NCBI RefSeq assembly: GCF_009914755.1
Contig: NC_060936.1
Reading direction: 5' to 3' (one strand)
Length of the DNA: 64,000 nucleotides
From: the human T2T-CHM13v2.0 reference genome, Homo sapiens
The notes beneath the pieces were generated by a model, which did no database searches, had not been told where the DNA came from, and was given only the letters and a program-made list of their open reading frames with translations. The translations under genes were made by a program, and so were the position numbers. The number at the start of each line of letters is the position of its first letter. Within the stretch, counting starts at the first letter, position 1. This document shows, one piece after another, positions 1 to 12,020 of the stretch.

Positions 1-1026
1 CACTAACGGTCATTCCAGACCAACAATTTTGAGTTCCATTTACAACTATACTTTGGGATGGAAGAAGGATGTTATAAAGGAAGGAAATATTATTTTTAGT
101 TAAAAAATTGTTTATACCACATTCCCTCTTTCTCACATTAGCTATGCAAGAGACTACAACTAATTGTGTTCCCATTTAGAGCCCTTCCAAAGAAAGAGTA
201 CAGGGTTATGACAGAATTTTCTGAACTACTACCATACCATAATCAGATGATTTTATTAATTCAACGAATATTTATTAAATGCCTAGGCACTGTGATCCTT
301 ATCTCATCTGATGTTCAAAATATCCCTATAGGGAACTGTGGCTCAGAAAGGTGAAGCAGCAGGCCCATACCCACCCATACCCAGGGGGAGACCCCATTCT
401 CCCCCTGGCATCAAGCAGTCCCAGGCAGGGCCCTGTAGCTGGTATTTTCTTTCTTTTTTTTTTTTTGGTACAATCATTTATACATACATCTCTTACTGGA
501 AAGTAATTCAGTGGTAGCTGTGTGTTGTGTTGGTTGTTTCTGTGTGTGCGTATGTGTTTTAATTACTCTCAAAATGTACATGGATTATTAACAGATAATG
601 AATGAAACTAAGGAAATTATTAAAGCAATTCAATGAACTGGCAAAAGAGTTGGGAGGGAAAGAAAACTTTAAGATGTCACTATCCACAGAGCGTTGTGAT
701 TCTGGTTTTCTTGGACACAGGCTAGAAGATGTACAACTTGGTTATAGAGCTGTGCTGGTCAGCTCCTGCAGTTACAAGCCAGGGCCTTTGAGGCTACGGA
801 CCTAGGACCAGCCACATTTCCAAGAGGCTCAATTAATAAGGCCTGCTGCTGCCATTGCATTTTTATACTGCAAAATGTCACAGACTTTTTAGTTGTTTTT
901 ATATAAAATGCTCGACTATGTATGATTTTAAAAGTGCTTTCAAATTGAGGGTTTGAAAATTTTAGGACATTTCCTACATGAAAAGAAAGATAAAGAAAGA
1001 TAAAATAATTGAAGATTGTTCTATTA

Positions 1027-1369
<343 letters not shown>

Positions 1370-2884
1370 TTATTGTAGGAGATCTGTACAAGCTATTTTT
1401 TATAACAGAAGCTAATCCTGAAAATAATCTGGAGAGGAAAGAGGATGACAGGGTTACTTTTTGAGAATAGAAAACAGTATGAGATGTAGATAGAAACAGC
1501 ACACGAAACCACAAAGTTGTATGTGCTTTTCTAGAACTCAAGGCATAAATAGCTCTGAGTACACAAGTTAAGAACATTTCCTAGCCTTCTCCCCATATTT
1601 CTCACAGAAAGCACAATGCCCTCAGTTGTTGCCTCTTTCCATTTCCATTCACCCCCCACCCACTGCCCACCACTCTTTTGTGGTTTACATTAATGGTCTG
1701 TAATTAATGTACCTGCTATGTGAAGACTGGTACATAATGTTCACAGTTGGAGACTGAGATGACAGGATAAAATGAAGCCTAAAATGGGCCTGAGGACTAT
1801 AAAAACAAAAGTGCCACCTAGAATTTAAACTCTGGAATCTTTATTTTAATCAATAAACTAAAATCTGTATTCCATAGTAGTTTTTAAAATTGAGAATTTG
1901 AAAGTAAACAGATTTTCTTTCTTTGAGGCATTTGCATGTTCTTATTTTGGCATGAGATGAGTTGTAGTCATTTAACATGCCAAGATTGTATAAAATAGAT
2001 GAGAAATGTCCCCAGTATGTTAAATGTTTTGATACCAAACCCAGCATGTATTGAAAACACAAGTATAATGATCACAAATAAATACATTATGTTGAATTTC
2101 TCAAAAATTTACATTTAAGGGTTCAATCCAAACCACACATAGATAAAACCCATCTCTTTAAACTGATTTTAAAAACTGCAAAATGATGTCCTATGTTTAA
2201 GCCAGGAGATAAAAGGTAAGTCACTGTGAGTGGTTCGGAACACATTGCATGAAGCTTAAGAAAAGCATTCATGCTCTTTCTACTCTGGCTTTTGAGGATC
2301 AAGTGGAATGACACTATGACAGTTCTTAGGAGGGTGTCCCCTTTAACTCTGTCAACCTCGGCAGAGCTCATATTTGTGTGCATGCCTTTCAGAAACATCC
2401 TCAGGTTTGAATCAATTTACTGAGGGTAATGCAGTGAAGGAGAAGTAATAAAAAAGTATTGAATGTCATCTATATTCTGGTCACCCATCTCATCCTTGAA
2501 AAGCAGCTGTTGGTTTGCCATTTTACATTTTCCATTGAAGCTCAAAGAGGACAAACAGCTTCTCTAAAGTCAGGCAACTACTCTGCAGACTCCAAAGCCC
2601 TGTCTTCTAGCACCCTAGTGTTTCTTCAAGGGTCACCTAATTTAGAAAATGCTATAATTTACATCTCAGTGGCCTCTCTAGTCCGACATCCCTAAAGTTC
2701 ATTGCACTGAGCTACTTGAAGGAAGAACGGTAGTTTCTCCTGATGGATTTTCCTGGGTGTTGTAAATAAAATGAGAAGTCTTTGTTTGAGCACAATATTC
2801 TCTATTTCACGCCTAGATTTGGTCAAAAATTCCCTTCTGAGCATCTTAAATCATGTACAATTTGATATAACATTTTGTGGGAAA

Positions 2885-3950
2885 TCAATTGACTTATCAA
2901 ATAACTATTGTGCACTCACTATGCACCAGACAATGTGGCAGGTGGTGGGACCACAGAGGCCATTAACCTGTAGTAGTGGCGTAATTAACATCTGCACAGG
3001 GAGAGGGTACATGAAGGAGGGGCAGTCACTTCTACATGGGGGAGTAGAGTAATTTGGAAAAGGCTGCATAGGAGACCTGATGTTGAGCTGATTCTTGAAG
3101 GATGAGAGGTGTCAACACGGAGAAAGGGGGAGCAGGTGACTGATTCCAGGCAGTTGGAGCAGAATGAGTGAAGGCAACAAGTAACAAATAGGGAGAGGGC
3201 AAAAAACAGGACAGGAGGGGCAGGTCAAGAACAGATCACAAAGGACCTTACGTGCCCAGCAGTGTGTGTAATCTACTTTCTCTTATGGCTATTGGAGAGG
3301 TGCAGAAGGGCTTTATCTAAGGATGGAAATTGATTCAATTTGCAATTGTAAGAGATTGCTCTTGCAGGAGTGTAGAGGGCTAGACAGAGGAGAGCAAAAT
3401 GTAAGACAGGGAGAGAAATCAGGGCTCTCTCCCTGTCTCACATTTAATGTAGGCCTAACGTAAGACCACAGTAGAATGGGTACAGAAAAGTAGGTGTATT
3501 TGAAGCATTAATAAGGTCAAACCAACTGGATATGACTGACCGTTGGCTATGTGGGTCAAAGTTTACACCTAGGGGCTTTTGAGTGAGTTGCTACATGATA
3601 GCAGTGATTTTCACTAGGATGGGGATTACTAGAGGAGGAGCAGGTTTTGGAGGGAAAGATAGGAGTTCAGTATTAGACATTACAGGTTTAACTTTATAAA
3701 TGAGGCAATTTAGACACAGTAATGGTCCAGTAGAGACGTGCAGTAGACATTCAGATATAATTATCTGAAATTCAGTAGAGAAACTTAACAGGCTGGGTAT
3801 ATGGCATATATTTGGAGGGTGAGGCCATAGTAGTTGTGAGTGAGCTTGCCCAGAGGATACTTTTAGAGAGAAAAGAATCCCTACAGAAACCAGGAGGTGT
3901 AGCAACATTCAAAGAGGAATCTGAGAAAGATAAGAGGAGCAATAGGCTAA
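2885..3950 (-). mobile_element. L2 LINE fragment(s)
   Basis: Reverse of the L2 3' terminus followed by a degenerate purine-rich L2 body; boundaries approximate. Confidence 0.7.
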
Positions 3951-4197
3951 AATAATTAAAATTATTACACATTATTAATGGAGACAAAGACATTGTAACC
4001 TCAATTCTAAATCAGTCACAAAAGAGATTGACATTATCACTGTATTTCAGGACCAGGGAATTGATGTGCTAGCATCAATATCATTGTTATCACAAATTTA
4101 CCTGTAATAAATCCAGTTCTTCCCATCAAGACCCTGTTTTCCATGTCCACATCCTGTCTTATTTTTCCATGGAACATAGTAATTTTTAACCCCATAC

Positions 4198-4316
4198 CTG
4201 CTCATTGCTGCCTTTTCTGAATTTCCTATCCCGATGTAGCTATCTGGAGCACTTTCTCCACTGCTGCTCTCATCATCTGGTTCGATGTTGACATTTCTCA
4301 GTTCCATGGGATCCAT
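4198..4316 (-). CDS. SLC38A4: SLC38A4 (SNAT4) first coding segment, codons 1-39 plus 2 nt; the CDS continues beyond the window start
   Basis: Translates to MDPMELRNVNIEPDDESSSGESAPDSYIGIGNSEKAAMS, recognised as the SNAT4 N-terminus. Ends at a phase-2 donor CAG|GTATGG (GT at 4197-4196). No downstream coding exon (SQFANED...) was found in 1-4197. Confidence 0.97.
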
Positions 4317-4428
4317 TTGAGCTGTCAGCGCTTTCTTGTCCACACACAAGCCCCTTCAGTGTAAATAATATACTGTACCTTCAGCTTAAGGTTCTTCCAC
4401 TTTGTGTTGATGTTCAGAACACTCTGTT
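4198..4428 (-). other. SLC38A4: SLC38A4 exon containing the start codon (231 nt, of which 112 nt are 5'UTR)
   Basis: Acceptor TGTTCTGTTTGCAG|AACAG (AG at 4430-4429); donor CAG|GTATGG. Confidence 0.9.
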
Positions 4429-5499
4429 CTGCAAACAGAACACAACATACATCATTATAATTTTATTTAAATGAAATAAGTGAATATGAATCATCTACAT
4501 TTTGTATGCTCTCTGTAAAAGGGAGGAAGGAAAGAAACTCCTGAAAACTTTACATAAGCAAATCCTGAAATGTTCCTTTACCCAATACAAGAAAGGAAGA
4601 AATGGAAGAGAAGAAAGGAAATTACTAATAATTGCTAAATTAGCAGATATTTATAGAGTGCCTATGTATAATGAAAATGGCAGGTTTTACTAGTCACTAT
4701 GGAAAAAAAAAGAAATCTTAAAACATGGCAGCAGTCTTCAAGGAAATTTAGGTATTTGTGAGTGGGATACATGTTTTAAAAGAAAGGAAGACAAAAGTAA
4801 ATTGTTGACAGAGGAAGGTCTACCAAGGCAGAATCTACCAGTGTCTCTACTAGCAATAACTAGAAAGAAAATTACTGCTTTAATTTAATTGGACATGAAA
4901 GAATTAACACCACCAAATGCTTGATAATATGCAACATAGGTGAGGATCAAGTTTAGGAAGTAACTTTCTAGGCACTTGGATCCTGAAGCCAAAGTTAAGA
5001 ATAGTAACAAAAGAAAGTTCAGATTTACCTCTGGGTCAGCATTACTCATCATCTGTGTCAAATTAAAATGTATTTTAACAACAAAGAGATCTAGATTTTA
5101 GCCTCTGCTCTGCCTTTAATTCATTGGATCTCAGCAGAAGTCATTTAACATTTGGGGACCTCATTTTCCTCAATTGTATAGTGAAAAGGGGTGGACTGGC
5201 ATTGTGTTTTTGAAAAATGCCTTGAATCTACTATATGTAGTTGATATAATTTCTTCTGAAATTCTTACCATTAGATTCATTCAATTATTGTTGAACCATC
5301 GTATTAGGAGAAACACTATCATTCTTGAAAAGTGTGGTCATGACATGTGCAATACCCATTTGATAAGGAAATCTTGAGCAGAGAAACTAACATAAAAATT
5401 GCTCCAGAAGTCACAAAATGTGCTATTCCTCTGACAAACAGAAACTACCACATGGGAATACCTCCACAACCCAGTGCCATGGCAGTACTTTTTTGAAAG

Positions 5500-6245
5500 G
5501 CAACTCACACTTGAGAAAAGTTCACATCCTCAAATTACAAAACATATAGAACACACATGGAAACTCACTAGCAAGAGTGCCAGTAGGCACAAGAAATGAT
5601 AAAATTCACATCTAAGGAACTACAAATAACAAAGCAATTTAAAAGGGACTTTTACATTAAATTAATAAAAAGAAAGACATTTTGAAAGAAAACATTCAAA
5701 ATAAGAGAATAACTTTCACAGAATAAAAACATTATAAAGGAATATAAAAGGAGAACAGGCTGTTGCAAAAAGAGTCAAAAAAAGGAATTCTTAAAAAAAA
5801 GAAAAAAATAGAATCATTGAAATTTAAAAAAACTCAGCTGAAGGAAGACTTATAAAATTGAAAGACAGATCTGTGGAAATCACTCAAATTATAGCATGAA
5901 GAGATTAAAAAAAGAAAAATACAAATAAGAAGTTAAGAGGAATGGGGAAAAAATAAGAATTACAAGTTCAAATATACACTGATAGTCATTCCAATATAGA
6001 GAATTGTGAGACTAGGGTGAGACAAAACAGAAAGAGATAATGGCAGAGAATTGTCTAGAAATAAAGAAAGCAGTTCTCAGAATTTAAAAAAATAGCACAC
6101 AGTGTTTTAAGCAGGAGGAACAAAAATGAAACTATTATTAATATAAGGCAGCCTAAATGTATATACATAAAAGATGAAAAGAAGCAGGTTAAAAGCTAAG
6201 AGAGAATAGAAGTAAGACATGCATATGGGTAAAAGAAAAAAAAAA
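5500..6245 (+). mobile_element. Old L1M/HAL1-like fragment (ORF1 region)
   Basis: Very A-rich degenerate L1 ORF1-like sequence (GAAAGACAGATCTGTGGAAATCACTCA...GAGATAATGGCAGAGAATTGTCTAGAA). Confidence 0.55.
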
Positions 6246-6849
6246 GAAACTCACTAAATGAGTACAAAGGTTTTCCTCATTCTTCACACAGTACCAGTCT
6301 CACTTCCCAGCAGCAACCACTATTGACGGTTTCTGTTTTTAGCTTGTTACTTAAAGTTAGCCATTCTAGATCTGAATAATTCACTAAAGCTTTTTTGACT
6401 TGGTTTACTGATTTTAGACTGGTTACCCATAAAAAATAAGGACATTAGCATACTTTTTCTTTCTTTCCTTCCTTCTCCTACACTCCTAATTATTTTAGTT
6501 AATAAAATACTTTTACAATTTGAGAATCATAATATTTTCATCTTGTTCTGTGAAACAAGTGTCATAACTTGCCTGTAGGTTGTTTCTAAACATGGAAAAC
6601 CAATAAGCAGCAATTACAGTATTATCACTGTATAAATAGTATGCCCTAAAGACAAAGTGGTGTATTTGACTACATAATAAGTGAAATATAATTCTATATT
6701 ACCAAAACTTTGAAAGCAAATTTTCTATGCTCTTTCTCATTCTGAATGGCTTCCTCCTCCAACCTCTGAGTCTTGCTCAGCTGCTAGTTTCTTGAACGGC
6801 ATTCTATCTTCTTTCTTCAGTTTATTTTGCATTATGCTAAAATAATGCC

Positions 6850-7720
6850 TTGAATAACTTTTTTCACACAATGAGCCTATGTCTGTAAATAGAATTTCTG
6901 AGTTGCTTCATGTTGGAAAATTCTTTATTTTGCCTTCAAACTTTGTTAATTGTTTGAATTCTAGATTCAGAAGCATTTTCCTTCAGAATATTGAAGAAAC
7001 TTCTCTCTTCTAGCTTCTATTGATGAGTCTGGCTCTTATTTCTTTATAGATAATTTATCGATGGTTTTCTGAGGATTTCAGAATTTTTATCCTTATCCTT
7101 TCATCACGACGTGACTAGATGTGAGTCGCTTTTAAAATTCATCATACTCAGCATGCAGACGGCCCAATCAAAAGGCTTGTCTTTCTTCTATAGAAGACAC
7201 ATTTTCTAAAAATAAAAAAAGTTCTACTATTTAAAAAAACTATTTCTTCCCCTTTGTTTACTCCTGAAACTTTTATTAATCAGGTATTGGACCTCTTGAT
7301 CCATATTGCTAAGCTTTTCTGTTTATGTTCGATCTGTTCATCTTACTGCTCGATGTTCAGGAATATTTCCTCAATGTCACATCCAAAATAACAAATTTCA
7401 CCTTCAGCTATATCCGTTTCATTTTTCAACTTGTCAGCTATTTTTCTCAATCATGCTCTTAATTTCTAATAATTTGCTCTTATCCTCTTTCTCTTTTTTC
7501 ATATCACTTTTTTTGTTTTATGGATACTATATTTTCTCAGATTTTTCTAAGGATATTGATGTGAGGTTTTCAGAAGTTCCTTTTGTTCCCTAAATTATAC
7601 GTTTCTTCTGAAGTTAGTTATTCTGTTTGTTCCCTTTGGTCCTTCTCTTCCATGCTGCTCATTTTCCTTAGTTTCAAGTGTTCCTAGGTTATCTGTTCAT
7701 ATTTGTGAATGACAGAGCGC
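6850..7720 (-). mobile_element. Old L1M/HAL1-like fragment
   Basis: T-rich degenerate sequence resembling the antisense L1 ORF1 region. Confidence 0.5.
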
Positions 7721-8395
7721 ATCGATTAGCTTGGACAGCTGGTACTCAGAGCTTCTCTGAAATTGTGTGGGCCCATTTCACTGATGGGCTGCTCCCTTGT
7801 AGGTTCTGTGTAAGTGGCTCTTCTGCTGCTTGTCTGTGGGAGGAGCATCCCACTCCCAGACACAGCTGCCACTCTAGGAGCAGTTACTCCGGGGGTGAAG
7901 CATTTTAATGTATCTTCTTTTTGGTAGAGCTTCCATTCCTGTTTGTTATACCTCTTTGTCTGCAGTAGAGGCCCTAATGCTTATCCTAGCATCCTCCCTT
8001 TACAGATTGGATCACAGCTTTATCTTATAGTCAAAAATGGTATCCCAAACAGACCATGATGTCTAAACTGAGGTTCCTTGGTGGATACCTGATCACTGGT
8101 TGCCCATGATCTATGCCTCCTCTTTGTCTTTATCGACTTAACTTGAAGCTACTGCAGGGCTCCCTATGGGAAAAGCACACTTATCTTGGTTCCTTTTCTC
8201 TTAGATTTTCCAACCCTATCTTCTTTCTGCCTTCTAGGAATTCTCAAAAATTTCTATTTGCTGATGACACCACTATTGCTTTTCACAGTTTTTGTGGTTT
8301 GTCCTTTTAAAAATATGTGACATTTCATTGCTTGACTTCCTTAAAGCTAGATCCTAAGCCCCATTCTTCCAGTCCACTCCCAAGACTTCATATAA

Positions 8396-8939
8396 CATGA
8401 TGGTTAATTTTATATGTCATTGTGGCTGCATTAAAGGATGGGAAGATAGCAAGTAAAACTTTATTTTGGGGTGTGTCTGTGAGGGTGTTTCTGGAAAAGA
8501 TTACCATTTGAATCAATAGACTGAGTAAAAAAGGTCCACTCTCACCACTGAAGGTGAGCATCCTCCAAACACTCCAGGTTCCACATAGAACAAAAAGGCA
8601 GAGGAAGGGCAAATTTACTGTCTCTGCTTGAGCTAGGACATCCATCTTCTGCTGCCTTCTCCTGCCCTTGAACATTGGAGCTCCTGCTTCCCAGACCTCG
8701 TAATTCTGATACTTATACCAGCAACATCCTGTTTCTCAGCCTTTGGCCTCAGATTAAATTATACCACCAGCTTTCCTGGTTCTCCAGCTTGCAGATGCTG
8801 TACTTTGAGATCTCTTGGCTCCATAATCATGAAAGCCAATTCCCATTATAAATGTCATCTTATATCTATATACATCTATACCTGTCTGTCTATTTATCTC
8901 CAGTTGGTTCTGTTTCTCTGGAGAACTCTGACGAATACA
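8396..8939 (+). mobile_element. MLT2-family (ERVL) solo LTR
   Basis: Starts TGATGGTTAATTTTATATGTCA, contains GGGTGTGTCTGTGAGGGTGTTTCTGGA, ends CTGTTTCTCTGGAGAACTCTGACGAATACA. Confidence 0.88.
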
Positions 8940-8954
8940 TATACCAAAGACTCC

Positions 8955-9700
8955 TCAAGTTACATCAGCCTAGGCTTCTCCTGGGAACTCAAGTTCCATG
9001 TGTCCAGGGGCTTAAATGTCATCTATATATCTCAAAGGCAGTTTAAATTCAATGTGTTCAAAGTCTAACTTGTGATAGGCCCTCTTCTTCCAATGTTTCC
9101 ATTCCAAAGAATGTTGTCACCATTTATCCAATTATTCAAGTCAAAAGCATAAGAGCCTTCTATTATAAATTTTTCTTTCTTACCCTCCACATCCAGTTCT
9201 TTACAAAGTCTGGTTGACTTTTACAATAAACTGAAGTATTTCTCAAGTTAGTCTTTTTCTCTTCATTTCTTTCACCTTCACTCTTGTCCAAGCTACCATC
9301 ATGTCTACTGTAAAAATCTCCTAATTGATCTTCAATTCTCTTTTGCCTCCCCTAACCACCCCCACCATTCATTCTTTACCCAATACCCAGAGTGATCTTT
9401 GAAACATAACAGCAACAACACAGATCATATCATTTATTTGCTTAAAACCCTTTAATGTCTTCCCTTTACTCTGAGGATAAAGTCCAAAATTCTCAACATG
9501 CCTGGTAAGATTCTGCCTGGTCCACCCACCTCTCTGGTCTCATCTCCGTCCACACTCTCCTCACCTTAGTGTTCTAGCTACACTAGTCTTTCCATTCCAG
9601 AAATCCACCGTGTTCTCTACATCTCAGGTCATTTGCACATGTGGGTCACAGTGACTGGCATGCTCCCCTCCCTCCTCCACTCCATCCTTAATTTATCCAG
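8955..9700 (+). mobile_element. L2 LINE fragment
   Basis: Pyrimidine-rich L2 body motifs (GTCCAAGCTACCATCAT, GCTTAAAACCCTTTAATG, GGATAAAGTCCAAA). Confidence 0.75.
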
Positions 9701-9939
9701 CCCCTCTAGGGGGCCATAGCAGTGTCTTTCATAGTATCCAACTTAGTCTGGGGGATCAGGGAAGGCTTCTCTGAGGAAGGAGCAGCAGGGCTGAGATCTT
9801 TGCTGCTGTAAGTATACATGTCTGCAGTCCAAAAGCTTCAGTTAAAGTCTGTTCTACTTTGTATATTAATAGGAACCTCATTCATTTCATTTGCATTAAG
9901 CCATGCTAATCCCAGAATTTTTTTAGAAAAGATATATCA

Positions 9940-10335
9940 AACACTCATATGGCACTTACCACATGCCAGCCACTGTTTTAAGGCCTTACATCTATCAATT
10001 CTTCAGAGCGGTCCTCTGAGGTGAGTACAATTTTTTTTCTTATTCCCATTGTACAGATGAGGTAATGGAGGCACCAAGTTGAGTGGCCTTCATGCTATGC
10101 CACCTTTGTATTGCCATCTCTACTACAGAGAACTAAAGCCTAATCAGGGAACAGGAACTATGTCTTTGGCAGTAAGCGAAACTGGGTATAAATCCTGGCT
10201 GCATTAACTAACTTCTGACTTTTCCATTTTCTATGAAATGAAGTTAATATTATTTACCACAAAGCAGTGTTGTGAGAATTTAAATGAGATAATGAGTGTC
10301 AAAGTTTGGCCTATAGTAGGCCTTCAATAAATTTA
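9940..10335. mobile_element. Two MIR fragments in opposite orientations
   Basis: CCCATTGTACAGATGAGGTAATGGAGGC (minus) and GTTGTGAGAATTTAAATGAGATAATG (plus) MIR core motifs. Confidence 0.7.
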
Positions 10336-10553
10336 GATCTGTTTTCTCTCTTCCAGTAATCAGAATTGAATTGATGTCTTTATGTAGCTGCAAACATACA
10401 TAATATTTCATATGCATAATTAGACACTTACAAAAGAGGGCTTTACAGTTCTCAAAACTCTCACAAACATTGTGAGTGAGGTAGATGCCCCTTCACAAAT
10501 GAACAAATTAAGACCTAATTTTATGCTGTTTTAACATATATAAAATATTTATT

Positions 10554-10836
10554 GGGATGGGCACGGTGGCTCACACCTGTAATCCCAGAGCTTTGGGAGG
10601 CTGAGGAGGGTCTATCTCCTGAGGTCAGGAGTTTGAGATCAGCCTGCCCAACATGGCAAAGCTCCATCTCTCCTAAAAATACAAAAATTAGCTGGGCATG
10701 GTGGCGCATGCCTGTAGTCCCAGTTAATCTCCTGAGGCAGGAGAATGGTTTGAACCCGGGGTCGGAGGTTGCAGTGAGCTGAGATTGCACCACTGCATTC
10801 CAGCCTGGGCAACGAAGATTCCATCTCAAAAAAAAA
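10554..10836 (+). mobile_element. AluS SINE (diverged, small deletions)
   Basis: Dimeric Alu with a short A tail. Confidence 0.95.
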
Positions 10837-11339
10837 TGTATTCTATTTTTGCCTTGGCCAAGGGAGCTCTCACAAAAGTTGAGACACTTTTTCATGGCTT
10901 ATATCTTAACTCTGAAGATTATATCACTGATCTATTTAAGGGAACAATGGTTAAATGCACAATTCAAAAAGAATTAGCACATTATGAGAAACTAAATATT
11001 CTGAATCATCTGTCTACAGCACAAAGTATATACCTTGAAGCCTTTAGACTATATCATAATTGCTAAAATTTAATCAGAAACTATGGAAGACACAGAGGAT
11101 GAATAAAACAGACTCCTTGCACCTGAGGAACTCAGCCTACTAAAACAAACAGATTTTGAGCAAACTCTTAAAGCATAATATAATTAACATTTTTTACCTT
11201 TTTCTTGGAATAAATGTGCATTGAATTAATCAAAGAATTATTGCATGGGTAGGATAGAAAAGAATATTGTTGGCAAACACTGTAATTGAAACATAAAATT
11301 TTCATAGGCATAGATTCTTCTGCTGTTTGCCATCTCAGA

Positions 11340-12020
11340 ACATGCTACCTTCATTCACCCAACCACTCACTGGGTAGACCTGGCTGTCCCATTCTCTATC
11401 CTTCACCTCCTACTCATGTCCAACGTATCACCAAGTCCTATCAGTCCTTCTTTCAACATTTATTTAAAATTCATCCACTTCTATCTCCATGACCACTATG
11501 TTATTCCAAACGACTGCGCTACTGAAGGCCCTACTGTGATTTTGTCATCACTTTTAGACTAAAGTCAAATTTCCTAATACACTGGAAGGTCTATATACTT
11601 TGACCCAGACATAGCTCTTTAGTCTCATACTGAAGCCGATCACCCCTCACTCACTGAATATATTAGGCTTCTTTCATTTCCCCACTGCCACTGCAGGACC
11701 TCTTAAGGCACTGTTCCCTCTGCTTGGACTGCCATTCCCCACATTCTTAGCCCAGGTCCCTCCCAATGTTAACTAAAACAACCTGAAAATCTTTAAAGGC
11801 CAATTGGTCAGAGTGTCCTGCTCTGACCCCACATTCCCACATTACACTAGATCTGCCACTATATGCTCTCCTCTCCTGCGTAGTATTTATCACACTTCTT
11901 ACTTACTCTTTTAGTTGCCTATTTGATAATTAACTGTCTTAGGCAGAAGCTTCATGAGAATAGGAATGCTGCTGGGGTTGTGGATTCTACATATTCCTAG
12001 CATCTAGCACAGTGCCTAGT
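11340..12020 (+). mobile_element. L2 LINE fragment
   Basis: L2 body ending ...TATTCCTAGCATCTAGCACAGTGCCTAG. Confidence 0.7.

Noticed and set aside
1810-1825. CTCF-like AGTGCCACCTAGAAT (also CCTCTAGGGGGCCA at ~9703)
   Set aside because: Only partial matches to the core; not supportable without ChIP data.
4317-4349. Apparent N-terminal extension MCVDKKALTAQ in the ORF track
   Set aside because: It starts at TTG, an artefact of the ORF caller allowing alternative starts. There is no upstream in-frame ATG; the recognised protein starts at 4316.
10521-10895. Alu-derived ORFs (also at 39456, 45199 and 56863)
   Set aside because: Translations of Alu consensus sequence, not genes.
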